NCBI GenBank assembly: GCA_964016885.1
Contig: OZ024741.1
Location: 29,884,001 to 29,948,000, forward strand
From: Eledone cirrhosa
Lineage: Eukaryota
Direction of reading: 5' to 3'
Length of the DNA stretch: 64,000 bases
Shown here: positions 46,128 to 58,316 of the stretch, piece by piece
Layout: every line of letters starts with the position of its first letter
How positions within the stretch are numbered: position 1 is the stretch's first letter
The notes under the pieces: model-generated
What the model was told of the DNA's origin: nothing
The model's database searches: none
Seen by the model: the letters and a program-made list of their open reading frames with translations, nothing else
Position numbers and translations under genes: made by a program

Positions 46128-46259
46128 TTTTTTATTTTATAGAAGGAGCTTCTACAGGACTAGTACTGTTTCGTTCAGATGAAATCTTCAGGAAGCTTCC
46201 TGAAGATTTCATCTGAACGAAACAGTACTAGTCCTGTAGAAGCTCCTTCTATAAAATAA

Positions 46260-46263
<4 letters not shown>
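46128..46263. repeat. Perfect 136-bp spacerless palindrome made of two back-to-back hammerheads
   Basis: Checked base by base around the centre 46195/46196. Plus strand reads CUUC CUGAAGA U UUC AUCU GAA C GAAA CAG UACUAGUC CUG UA GAAG. Confidence 0.9.
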
Positions 46264-46298
<35 letters not shown>

Positions 46299-46639
46299 AG
46301 GAGTTGACGGACCCACCATATTTATCAATGCCAGGACCGGTTGTATCTCAGCGTACTCAATAGGCAATGTAAGATACATTCCTAGAGTATACACATAGTT
46401 ATTTGCTTCAATACAACACACGTAAAACGGGTGCCTATAATAGTTCCCGTACTCGAGTTTCGGCCACACTTAATGCAGCAGTAGTGTGCACTGCTCCCTC
46501 TGTCTGCATATATTATGCAGGAATGCATAATCGGCGTATGTGGCTTCATCAGCGGGTACGCCTAACCAATAACCGATCGATCGACAGAATCGAAACCCCA
46601 GCCCATGGCGGCTATGACTGTAATTTTTCTCATTGCTCC

Positions 46640-47204
<565 letters not shown>

Positions 47205-47371
47205 ATAACGAAGGAAATAGGGTAAGGAACCAGGTGGACCATAACGCACCAAAGTACTCAATACTTAGGGTAGTAGAGTGGGAAATAGGAACAAGTAAGA
47301 CCCCGACGGCTGAGCTCAAGCCGTTTCGACGGCTAATTCTGTACTGTACAGCCGTCGGGGTCTTACTTGTT

Positions 47372-47437
<66 letters not shown>

Positions 47438-47557
47438 ACGAAGGAAGTGCGGTAAGGAACCAGATGGACCATAACGCACCAGAATATTCGATACTATGGG
47501 TAGTAGAGCTTTCGAAACGGCCGGAGCTCACCGGTCAGTCGGGGTCCTGTCTATTTT

Positions 47558-47606
<49 letters not shown>

Positions 47607-47619
47607 GATAACAAAATAT

Positions 47620-49803
47620 TGTTATAGGTAATCCAGTTAGAGGTTGTGAATACTTCTTATTATGGATAGTTTTAGCGTACAGCGTTGTTTGACTCAACAA
47701 GAAGTTTACGTAGGTGGCGAGTTTATGATTTCACCTACATTCCTATGTAAGTTTATCTTGGAGTATTAAAATTGAAAAAGTGGAGAATAATATGGTCAAC
47801 AGTACAACAAAAGGGGATTTATTTACAGTCTAACAATTGTTTCAGTGATAAAGATGTCTAAAAATTACTGAACACTAGAAGCAGTGCCACTCAATTTTAA
47901 ATACGACTTTAGCTCGATCAGATCTTCAGAAACTTTTGATTGAAAATATATGTAACCGGCAAATTTACAAATTCAAATCACATCATCAATAATAATACAA
48001 TAATAAAGATATAGAGAGAAAAAAGAGGAAGAAGAGGAGATAGATACAGTAAAGAAAGAAAGGAAAGGAAAAATAAAAAAAAAAATAAAAATAAAAATAG
48101 AAAGACAAAAACGAAGGAAAAGAAGACATTATTACAGAGAGAAGAAAATATATAAAGAGAAGAAAATATATAGAAAATGATCAAAGATAGAGGAGAGACA
48201 AGCATAATTAAAAATAACTTAGGATAGAAAGAAAAATAGAGGGGAAAATAAATGAATAAACGTTAATATATGAATAAATGTAAATAAACATAAAAATAAA
48301 TATATAAAAATATATTAAAAAATTGATAAAAAAATGATACATAAATAAGTAAATAAATAAATTGCATCTAATGTGATATAAAGTGGTATAAAATTGAAAA
48401 TGAAAAATGAAAATAAATACGCAAAAGAAGTAATAATTTGCGAAGAATATTTAAACATATTAATTTATTGAGATTGGTTTTGGGGAATTATTAGAATATA
48501 TGTAGAAATATTAAGATAAAAATATGATAATGTTAAATATATTTATGTGTGTATTGGTTATTTTAATAAATAAATAAATTAATTAGCTTTAAGTTATAAT
48601 ATATGATAAAACAGAATGACAGGGATGAAATAAATTTAGGGAGAGAAATATAAATATAGAGAGTGAAACATATATAAAATAAGAATGTGAATATAAGAGG
48701 TTGTGATGTTGTTGTTTGATAGATGGTGACAATTATAATTATAATCATAAATATAATGATGATGATGCTGATAATGTGATATTATAATAGTTCCAAGTGG
48801 TACAAACTGGGTTATGGAATAGATAAGATGGAATTAGCTGGTCTAAAGTTCTCAAATTTGGTTGCCGATTTATGTCGACAAAAAATAGTTCTTTCAATTT
48901 TACTGTTAAGTAGAATTTTGTTATAATTTAAAATTTGGAAAAGCTCCATATTACAGAGACCACAGTGGGACTTACCAAATTGATATGCCATTGCTTTTAG
49001 ATAGTTTCGTCCAGCTGATTTTATATTCCATGTTTGCATCTTTGAGTTGCCAGATTTTATTGGCGAGAGTCGTCGTATTCTTATGAGATTTCTGTTTATC
49101 ATAGAATGCCTATGTACGTATTACTTTTTCTGAAACACCCCAGCTGTGGAATCAATGTAATGCCATGCTAAGCTACCTGAATTTATAGTACATAGATATA
49201 CTATATTTATCTCTAGGCATCTATTTTATAAAGGGTATTTGTCAGGTAGATGACAGTTACATTTAGATGCTTTTCTATGCGCCGGTTCTTTGATATGGTT
49301 TTGTAGGTTGTTGTGTATGGACTGAGAATTGGGTTTGTTAATGTATTGTGGTGATGTGTTCTGGTGTCTGTTTGGTTGTGATGATGTTATATGCTTATGA
49401 TTTGTATTTGGTGTTATGGTACTTATTTGTGGGCCACTTGTATTATAAATTCTTTTATAGTTAATGTTATGTATGTTGCGATTCTATGTTGTTGGCAGTA
49501 GAGTATGATAGTTTGATAGTTTTTCTATTAAAGATTTTATGATATTTATGAATTTTAGGGAAGTGTTTGTCAACCAATTTGAAGAAAGTTTAAGAATGTA
49601 ATTTGAATTTGTAAATTTGCTGGTTACATATATTTTCAATCAACAGTTTCTGAATATCTGATCGAGCTAACATCGTATTTAAAATTGAGTGGCACTGCTT
49701 CTGGTGTTCAGCAATTTTTAGACATCTTTAAAAGTGAAACAATTGTTGGACTGTAAATAAATGCCCTTTTTTGTACTGTTGACCATGTTTTTCTCCATCT
49801 TTT

Positions 49804-49806
<3 letters not shown>
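47620..49806 (-). mobile_element. Decayed WFNPP-type PLE 3' half with an inverted pLTR stub
   Basis: Minus strand reads CNCHLPDKYPL*NRCLEINIVYLC...HYID...CGLCNME...FCRHK at ~48830-49270. 47770-47980 is inverted at 49600-49806. Long-stem-II HHR at 47827-47934. Confidence 0.75.
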
Positions 49807-49849
<43 letters not shown>

Positions 49850-49854
<5 letters not shown>

Positions 49855-50682
49855 GAAAAAATTTGGTCGTTCTGACTGCTGCTAGTTATAGCGGGAGAAG
49901 ACTGACCTCCCTGCCTCTGCCTCTATCTTTACACACGGCACTTGAAGGAATTGCTTCCACCTCATTTATTCTCATCTCGGGAACAATTTTGAATAGCGCC
50001 AGTTCGTAATTTGAACTCGGGAATTTTATATTCTCCGAGTGAAAAGATCCTTCTGGCGAGAGTTTATCTTTGCAATGGATGCTGTAAGGACAGTCCGTTT
50101 ATTTTTGAGACTCGAAACCGATTTGGTAAAGGTAACCATAGTGAGTAAAGTTAATTTTTAAAAATTTATTTTGAAACTTTTTCTTATTTGCTAAACCTGA
50201 TTATATATGTTCTGGCTCGTTAATTTATTAACCTGCCATTGAACCACATTGGCATATGGTTGGATAATACATGTGTCCCTAAGCGCCTTGTGCGTGTAGG
50301 GATATATACTTTATTATTATTAATCTCCTCTTGGTCGAGAAAAAATTTGGTCGTTCTGACTGCTGCTAGTTATAGTGGTAGTAGACTGACCTCCCTGCCT
50401 TTGCTTCTATCTTTACACACGGCACTTGAAGGAATTGCTTCCACTTCATTTATTCTCATCTCGGGAACAATTTTGAAATGCGCCAGTTCGTAATTTGAAC
50501 TTGGGAATGTTATATTCTCCGAGTGAAAAGATCCTTCTGACGAGTTTTATCTTTGCAATGGATGCCGTAAGGACTGTCCGTTTATTTTTGAGACTCGAAA
50601 CCGATTCGGTACAGGCAACCATAGTGAGTAAAGTTAATTTTTTAATATTTATTTTGAAACTTTTTCTTATTTGCTAAACCTG

Positions 50683-50686
<4 letters not shown>
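49850..50686. repeat. Tandem duplication (~485-bp period) of an unidentified decayed coding-like sequence
   Basis: 49850-50206 is repeated at 50335-50686; TA-flanked. Confidence 0.75.
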
Positions 50687-50719
<33 letters not shown>

Positions 50720-50952
50720 AGTTCCTGGCTTTGGGTAAAAATATACAGGAGGATTAGTTCATTACTAGCAGATTGGCCCGGCGCTGCTCGGGATTTCCTT
50801 TAGGGTTCTTATATATTTGATATATATTTATCCTTATCGAGCCTCGTGAAATAAATACGTTTGTTTATATTTTGTTATTGTGTATGGAAACATATCTGTA
50901 CACGAATATATAATTATATATATAATGTATAATAAACAATACAAAATAATTA

Positions 50953-51020
50953 CCTCATTACCAGATGTTTCCCGAATAAGACGAATACAAGAAACGTCCT
51001 CATTCGTTCGTCAGACAAGG
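50953..51020 (-). ncRNA. Type I hammerhead motif with canonical CUGACGA core
   Basis: CCUUGU CUGACGA A CGAAUGAG..CUUAUUCG G GAAA C AUCUG G UA AUGAGG. Confidence 0.65.
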
Positions 51021-51802
51021 CAGTTTAAAACATAGTGAACTATTTGAAAAATCTCCTCAAGAAAGGCAAAAGTTTAACGGGCAAAAAATATATATATAAA
51101 TAAAAGTAATGCAAGAGATATATAACAATAAAATAAGGAAATATAGTAAGGGTATGTGTATAAATGTGTGTATATGCACCTACATATGTACATATGTGTG
51201 TATGTACAAATGCATGCGTATAGTGAAAAAATGTGTGCGTAAGTACATACATGAGGGCAAGCATATCAGTGTATGCGTGACCAGAAATATGTATATAATA
51301 TATGTTGAAAAAAGAAATTGTAAGATAATAGAGTTAGCGTACATACAGACTCAGGGACTAACGATTGAAATATATACACATACAAGTATGAAAGCATGCG
51401 TATAAAGTCACACACACGCGCAACCACATACATGCAAGTGATATATACAGGGAAGGGGGTGTATCAGTCAAAGCAGTATCAGGCTGAAGGTCGATTCATA
51501 TATAAAAAAAATATAAAATATAAAAATGAAAACATATATGAGAATAAAAAAAATAAATCAAAGAGAAAGTAAGAGGGAGGGGTTATCATTTATAAAGTAA
51601 CACTAGAAAAAATAGAAAACATACATAGGTTCGTACAGACACATATATATATGTAAAAATATATATATAAATACGTACAGACATAAGCACGTACATGCGT
51701 ACATACATACAAACGTGCGCATATATACACACGAAGCACATATATATACATACATGCACATCTAATCACACGCACGCACGCGACCATATATATATATACA
51801 TG

Positions 51803-51910
<108 letters not shown>

Positions 51911-51911
51911 A

Positions 51912-51958
<47 letters not shown>

Positions 51959-52574
51959 CATATAGACACACACATATATATAAGTATGTAAAAACATAGA
52001 TATAAAAACACATATACACATACACGCGCACATACGAATGCATTCATATACATATACAAGTAAACATACATAAAAGCGACTGAGGGACAACAGAATATAT
52101 CTGGAGATGAAAACACAAGTGACATTTGATATCAGGTAGTGAAAGAAAAGTGGAAGTAAAATATGTAAAATTGTGAAGATATAAAGTAAGTGAATCAAAA
52201 AGCAGGGGACGGGGTCACTGGTGGATGTGAAGTAAAAATAAAGTTAAAAATAAAAATAAAAGTAAATCAGAAAGAGAAGTCTGTAAAGAGGGTAATTTAA
52301 GGAAAGTGAAGAATAAGAGTTTATGGAGGATAAGTATCTGAAAGTGAGTTAAGTTTATATGAGCTGGAAAGCAAATGTGATTTCATGTGTGGGCAACTGG
52401 TGAAAATTAGCTAACCAGTATAGAAAGGCCCTGAGAGAGACCCACTTAAAGATTAAGGTGGTAGAAAAGCCAGGAACCACCATAAAATCCCTGATCAGCA
52501 AAACATACTCTTTTAAGAAAACCCACTGTACTAACAGGAGATATATTATATGTAAAGTAAACCCCCGGATAAAC

Positions 52575-53210
52575 TGTAAAACTAGAAACGTAGTCTATAG
52601 CATAAGATGTACATAGGGTACTTGCAGAAACATGACAACAACATACATAGGCGAGACAGCTCGTAGCATAGGTGAAAGGATAGACCAACACTGGGAGGGA
52701 ACTAGAAGGAGGAAAAAACGGTTCAGTACTATACGAACACGCCAGACAACAACATTACGGTAACATAGACCATAGAAATTAAAATAATATCTAAACATAG
52801 AAATGACCCAGCGGATGGGCAAATCAGAGAGGCCAGTGAAATATAACTTAGAAGGTCAAAGCTAAACAGAAAAGAATTAATGGAATAACAACAACACCCA
52901 AACAAACAATACTGACCTAAGAGAAATATAAATATATAAATAAATACATACACAAGCACAATAACAACACACATATAAACACACACTAGTAAATTAAGAT
53001 AGAATACAATAACCAAAACACAGTCACCCAAACGCGAACACACATCAAACACTATACACACACGCAAACGCATGCTCAGAGAAGAAGACAAAAATAAATA
53101 AATAAATAAATAAACAGATTAAATAAAGATGGCGTAGACATACAGCAGGAGAAAACATAATAGCACGACTGACGATGCTGCAGATGTGCAACGAAATAAC
53201 TTTGTTAGAC
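52575..53210 (+). mobile_element. PLE GIY-YIG remnant and 3' region ending in a truncated hammerhead-like motif
   Basis: RNVVYSIRC...TYIGETARSIGERIDQH...VLYEH...QIREA...KLNRKE; CUGACGA..GAAA at 53169-53196, then (TA)n. Confidence 0.7.
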
Positions 53211-54165
53211 TATATATATGTGTTTGTGTCTATATATCTGTATTTTTGACCGTTGGTCAGTCAATGGTAAACACTGAGGACTGAATAAATTAACTGATAT
53301 AACAGATACAGAAGCGAAAACCAAAAGAAAATCAACCAAACTGTGAGTGTGTTCTATTATTAATTCTGGCAATATTATTACAACAATATGACCCTCCCCA
53401 AGTATAACAACATTTGTTTCGACACACGATTTCATATAAAAAACCTCGCAAAACAAATATATATATACATATGCCTTGTTTTATTGTGATACAATAAAAC
53501 TCACCTCCTACATATACATATGTATATATATATTATAGGTAAAGTTAACCTTGGCGGGATTTGAACTCAGATTGTAAAGCATGGCTTTCGACCCTTTATC
53601 GATACTGCCAATCCAATGCTCTCAAGTTTGCTAACCCCATCTACTTCTTGTGCTATGTTTCATTCATTTCTCTTTTATTTTCACCCCCTGTGAGGAATCT
53701 AGAGTATATCTTCTTTTTTTGCGGAGGTTAATATATTTCGGGACCATGTATTTTGTAGGTCAGCGATATGTTTTCTATATTTGAAATATGTGATGGTATT
53801 TTTAATGGGTTTTTTTTCCTGTTAACTTTTCTTTTATCACTAAGATAATTTTTTACTGTCGTTGCTAGGGCAGCGTATAGACAGACGTTAATTCGTCAAA
53901 ATGTGGGCGACTTTAATTTGTCGTAAATATTCAACTCCAATTTCATCGATATGTGGTTTCATGTTAATATTTTTGTTTTACTTGTATGTCGTTCTTCAGG
54001 GAGAAAGTTTCATACATAAATCAATAACTTTTTAGAAAGTTTCACTAAGAATATATTTTAACTGTTTGTATTCTTCACTTTCCCAGTTAATTGTAGATTT
54101 TTATAATTGAAAAATATCATTTTTATTAAAAGAGATAAGGAAATCATTATTATTGACTATATAAC

Positions 54166-54263
54166 GAGGTGGACTTTGCCTTTCATCCTTACGGGGTCGA
54201 TAAAATAAAGTACCAGTAATGCACTGGGTAATTGCTGGCCTTGTGCCTAAAGTAGAAACAATT
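54166..54263 (+). mobile_element. Nin-domain SINE 3' fragment
   Basis: Core and tail present; flanking attattgactatata is duplicated. Confidence 0.75.
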
Positions 54264-55194
54264 ATTGACTATATATTGAATTTGATGGATATGGGACTGC
54301 GAGATATAGCAGTCGAGGTTAAGTCAGTTGTAACTTGTAATTTCAAATTTGTCACCAGCATGGTTGTTCAAAGAGACTGTGTATTGCTGTTGCCTCATTT
54401 TGAATGTTGGATAGGCTACGAGAAAAGCAAGTAACATGGCGGCCTGTTGTGAAATGTTTTGAGTGCATTTTTGATCTAGGAGACTGACCAATAAGTGTTG
54501 TTATTTGCTAAGGTTTCACATTTTCGATTCCCGGACCTTGAGCAAGACACTTTATTTCACGTTGCTCCTTCTACCTGGAGTTCGAACGATAGATAGTATT
54601 AGCAATTACAAAGTCTAATGGAAACATTGTTTCCTCGTCCGATTTGACAAAAGTCGATCCTTCCTTCACATTTCACATTTTCATTTGATGTTTTGAATAA
54701 TATTCATGTATTTTTATGGTCAACAAATTGTGCTTGTTGGTGTAATTGTTTGGGTGTAGATTCATTCCGTTGATTTAGCTAAGAAAGGGATATTTTTTCT
54801 CCATTTTATAACCATTAAATAGGTCGGTATTGAGATCGTAACTCCAAGAAAAATACGAATCAGAGATTCAATTCCTTTTGTCACTAAATATATTCTGTGT
54901 ATATTTCTCGTTTTTTTCGTTCGATTCTTCAGTAGTGTTGTTGATGTTGTTGTTGTGCCCATCCATGCTGTTTGTAGTAAATCCTGGTTTGGGGAATTGA
55001 ATATTTAGACGCATAACTTTAAGATTTCTTATAAAGTGTGTCTTCAATGACTAACATCAGAAGAATAACGAGTTATTTAACAAGTCTATAGTAGTTGTGG
55101 CATTAGAGTTGGAGATATTCTTCTTAAATTTCGTGAATAATATCTCACACCATATGAGCGACTACTCGTGTCGAAGGTTATATGTATGGTCGAA

Positions 55195-55630
55195 GGTTGC
55201 ATGTATATATGTATGTATGCCTGCATTTACATATGTATGTATGAATATATGTATGTATTTATATATGTATGTATGAATATATGTATGTATGTATGCATAT
55301 ATTTACATATGTATGCATGTATGTATATATGTACGTATGCCTACATTTACATATGTATGAATATATGTATTTATTTATATATGTATGTATGAATATATAT
55401 ATGTATGTATGCATGCATATATTTACATATGTATGTATGTATGCATGTATATATGCATGCATGTATAAATGTATGCATGTATTTACATATGTATATATGA
55501 ATATATGTATGCATCTATGTATGTATGCATGCAGCTATGTATTTATATATGCAAGCACACAAGTATGATGCAGGTATTTATGTATACATACATATTCATG
55601 CATACATATATGTGTAAGTATGTATACAGA
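55195..55630. repeat. (TATG)n-like low-complexity tract
   Basis: Seen directly. Confidence 0.9.
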
Positions 55631-56386
55631 AGTATGGGTGACGTTGAGGATTCGGTGATGGTTTTTCCTTTGATGCATCTATTATAAGGAGAGTATGTTA
55701 ATACCAAAATGAAATATTAAATAGGCATACATTACCGTGCCATAGTATTATCACCTAATCTAATGTTAATGTTCTTTACACCTTACGATATTCAAACGGA
55801 CAATTATACTGTCTCCATTCCATTTAGATATTCTCAATGGAGGACTTCAATAGCATATCAATCTTGATGTTTATTACCCTGAAACAATTGTATTTTATCT
55901 CTCCAATAGGTACAAAGCAACATCTGTTGCATGTTACACATTTTCTAAAGTTTAGCCAAGGGATAGTATGTTAACCACTCAAGCAGATGTGACGGTTTTT
56001 GGCTTTTACCGATATATTGATATTTTTAAATAGCATATTTTCCGATCACATTACTTCTTTTTATAGTACTACATAAATTTAATGATTTGAGCTACTAATT
56101 TAATTTATATATCTATTCTAGTATAAATGTGTTTTTATTTTAAAAGAAAAGTAATGCAAGTCAACACAATGCGCCATATTGTGTAAAAAATAATTTCGTT
56201 CAATAATATTTAGCATTAGTACGCATTAATATATTTACCATATATTGGTTTTAAAGAAAGCATTAGAATAATGGTTTTTGGTGACTAGGAGATGATAGAC
56301 TCATTGTTGTGGCTGATGTTTAACCAATTTGAGATAGAAATGCATTGGCATAAATTTACCAGCTTGATATGTCAGCTACTTAGCCT

Positions 56387-56424
<38 letters not shown>

Positions 56425-56590
56425 AGTGTAATTTTCTACACAAAACGAAGGTTATAGAGAAAATTGAGGTTGGTAATGGCACATGGAATATATAAGAGAC
56501 AGAATACTTTTTTGTGAAAAAACATAATTTTATAAGGTAAGGAAATAATAAAGGGTATAAAAAATGACCGGTTTCGATGGGTCTGCAAAA

Positions 56591-57590
56591 GCATTCTCAC
56601 TGGACCAAATATACCCAAACCAATCCTCAACCCTACAGTTACCAAATGTGGTAGAACAAACTGTGGAACGTGCCTCTACCTCACTGAAGGACAAACATTT
56701 ACATTCAAAGATGGCCAAACATTTACAGTAAAAAACAATTTCACCTGCAACTCGGAGAACTTGATTTACGCAATAACTTGCGGTGGGTGCAAACACAACT
56801 ACATAGGACAGACGGGCACCTCATTACGCAAAAGAATGACCATCCACCGCCAACAAATCCGGGACGCTAACACAAGAAAAATCCCCTTGAGCAGCCATAT
56901 TGCGAACTGCGCAGGAATGACACTACCCAACTTTAAAATCTTCCCCTTCTACAAGTGCTCAGATTCGTTCACACAACAACAAAGAATAAACAAAGAAAAT
57001 CTATTCCTTAACAAATTTAAACCAAAACTAAACGGGTTATCACCCCAATAGAATTGTCATAAAATATAAACACACATACGCACGGAATCACTACTATTAA
57101 AGACCAGAGACCAATTCTGTAGAATCAGGTTTATTCATTGACAGACCATGCCTTTGTGTGACCAACACATCCATGTTAAACCCTGCACGTGCACACACAT
57201 ATATCTATATATATATGCGCACACAGAATTATTTTAATTTCACTGCCCCAACTTCTTATATTATGGAAAAAATATATGTGTCTGTATGTATATATATATA
57301 TATATATATATTTGAAGGCCATTTCTCTGTGTGTGGGTGTATGTATGTGTGTGTGTGTGTGTGTGAGTATGTGTGTGCATGTGGATGTATGTATTGTGTG
57401 TGCGTGTGTGTGTGTGTGTGTGTGTATGTATGTGGGTATCTGGATGTATGCGTATGTGTATATATATATATATATATATGCATGTGTGTGTGTGTGTGTA
57501 TATATATGTGTGTGTATGTGTGTATATATATGTGTGTGTGTGTGTGTGTGTATGTATGTGTGTATCTGGATGTATGTGTATGTATATATA

Positions 57591-57647
<57 letters not shown>

Positions 57648-58253
57648 ATGTGTATATGTATGTGTGTGTGTGTGTATGTGTGTATGTATATGTATGTGTG
57701 TGTGTATGTATGTGTGTATATGTATATATATATATATATATATGTATATGTATATGTATGTATGTGTGGATGAAGGTATGTGTGTATATATAGGTGTAAG
57801 TGCACTAAATCCTTTTCTATCACGCTCCACTCTCCTACCCATCATAGGAAGATATATGTGTGTGTATATTGCTTCCACCCCCTCACTGACCAGCAGCTGG
57901 CTATTGCTAAATCTGACCTTTATAAAATAACCCACACCCCAAATAACTTCTCATTCACTACCAGAAAGGGACACAGCAGTCAACTTGTTGTTGCTACCTA
58001 GATGAAAACTGCTATGAAATCCCACAATGAATTTTATACTTGAATTTTCAAGTCTCAAATTTTAACTCTTCGTATTATTAATTTTTCTTAATATTAATCA
58101 ACATTTGAAAAGATGGCTTTTGCAGACCCATCGAAACCGGTCATTTTTTATACCCTTTATTATTTCCTTACCTTATAAAATTATGTTTTTTCACAAAAAA
58201 GTATTCTGTCTCTTATATATTCCATGTGCCATTACCAACCTCAATTTTCTCTA
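56591..58253 (+). repeat. 5' pseudo-LTR (duplicates the GIY-YIG coding end and the microsatellite-rich 3' UTR)
   Basis: Direct repeat of 61368-63036; by eye the copies differ only by 6 nt of microsatellite length. ORF 56761-57051 equals the last 96 aa of ORF2. Confidence 0.95.
58101..58147 (+). ncRNA. Minimal type I hammerhead, U3:A8 variant (5' pLTR)
   Basis: UUGAAAA GAUGG..CCAUC GAAA CCGG UC; predicted cleavage after C58142; palindromic stem III; weak stem I. Confidence 0.7.
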
Positions 58254-58316
58254 TAACCTTCGTTTTGTGTAGAAAATTACACTTTTCATATATACTAACC
58301 TACGCAAATCCGGAAA

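Noticed and set aside
56761-57051. Stand-alone 96-aa GIY-YIG ORF
   Set aside because: It is the duplicated end of ORF2 within the 5' pLTR and starts at a TTG, so it is not an independent gene.
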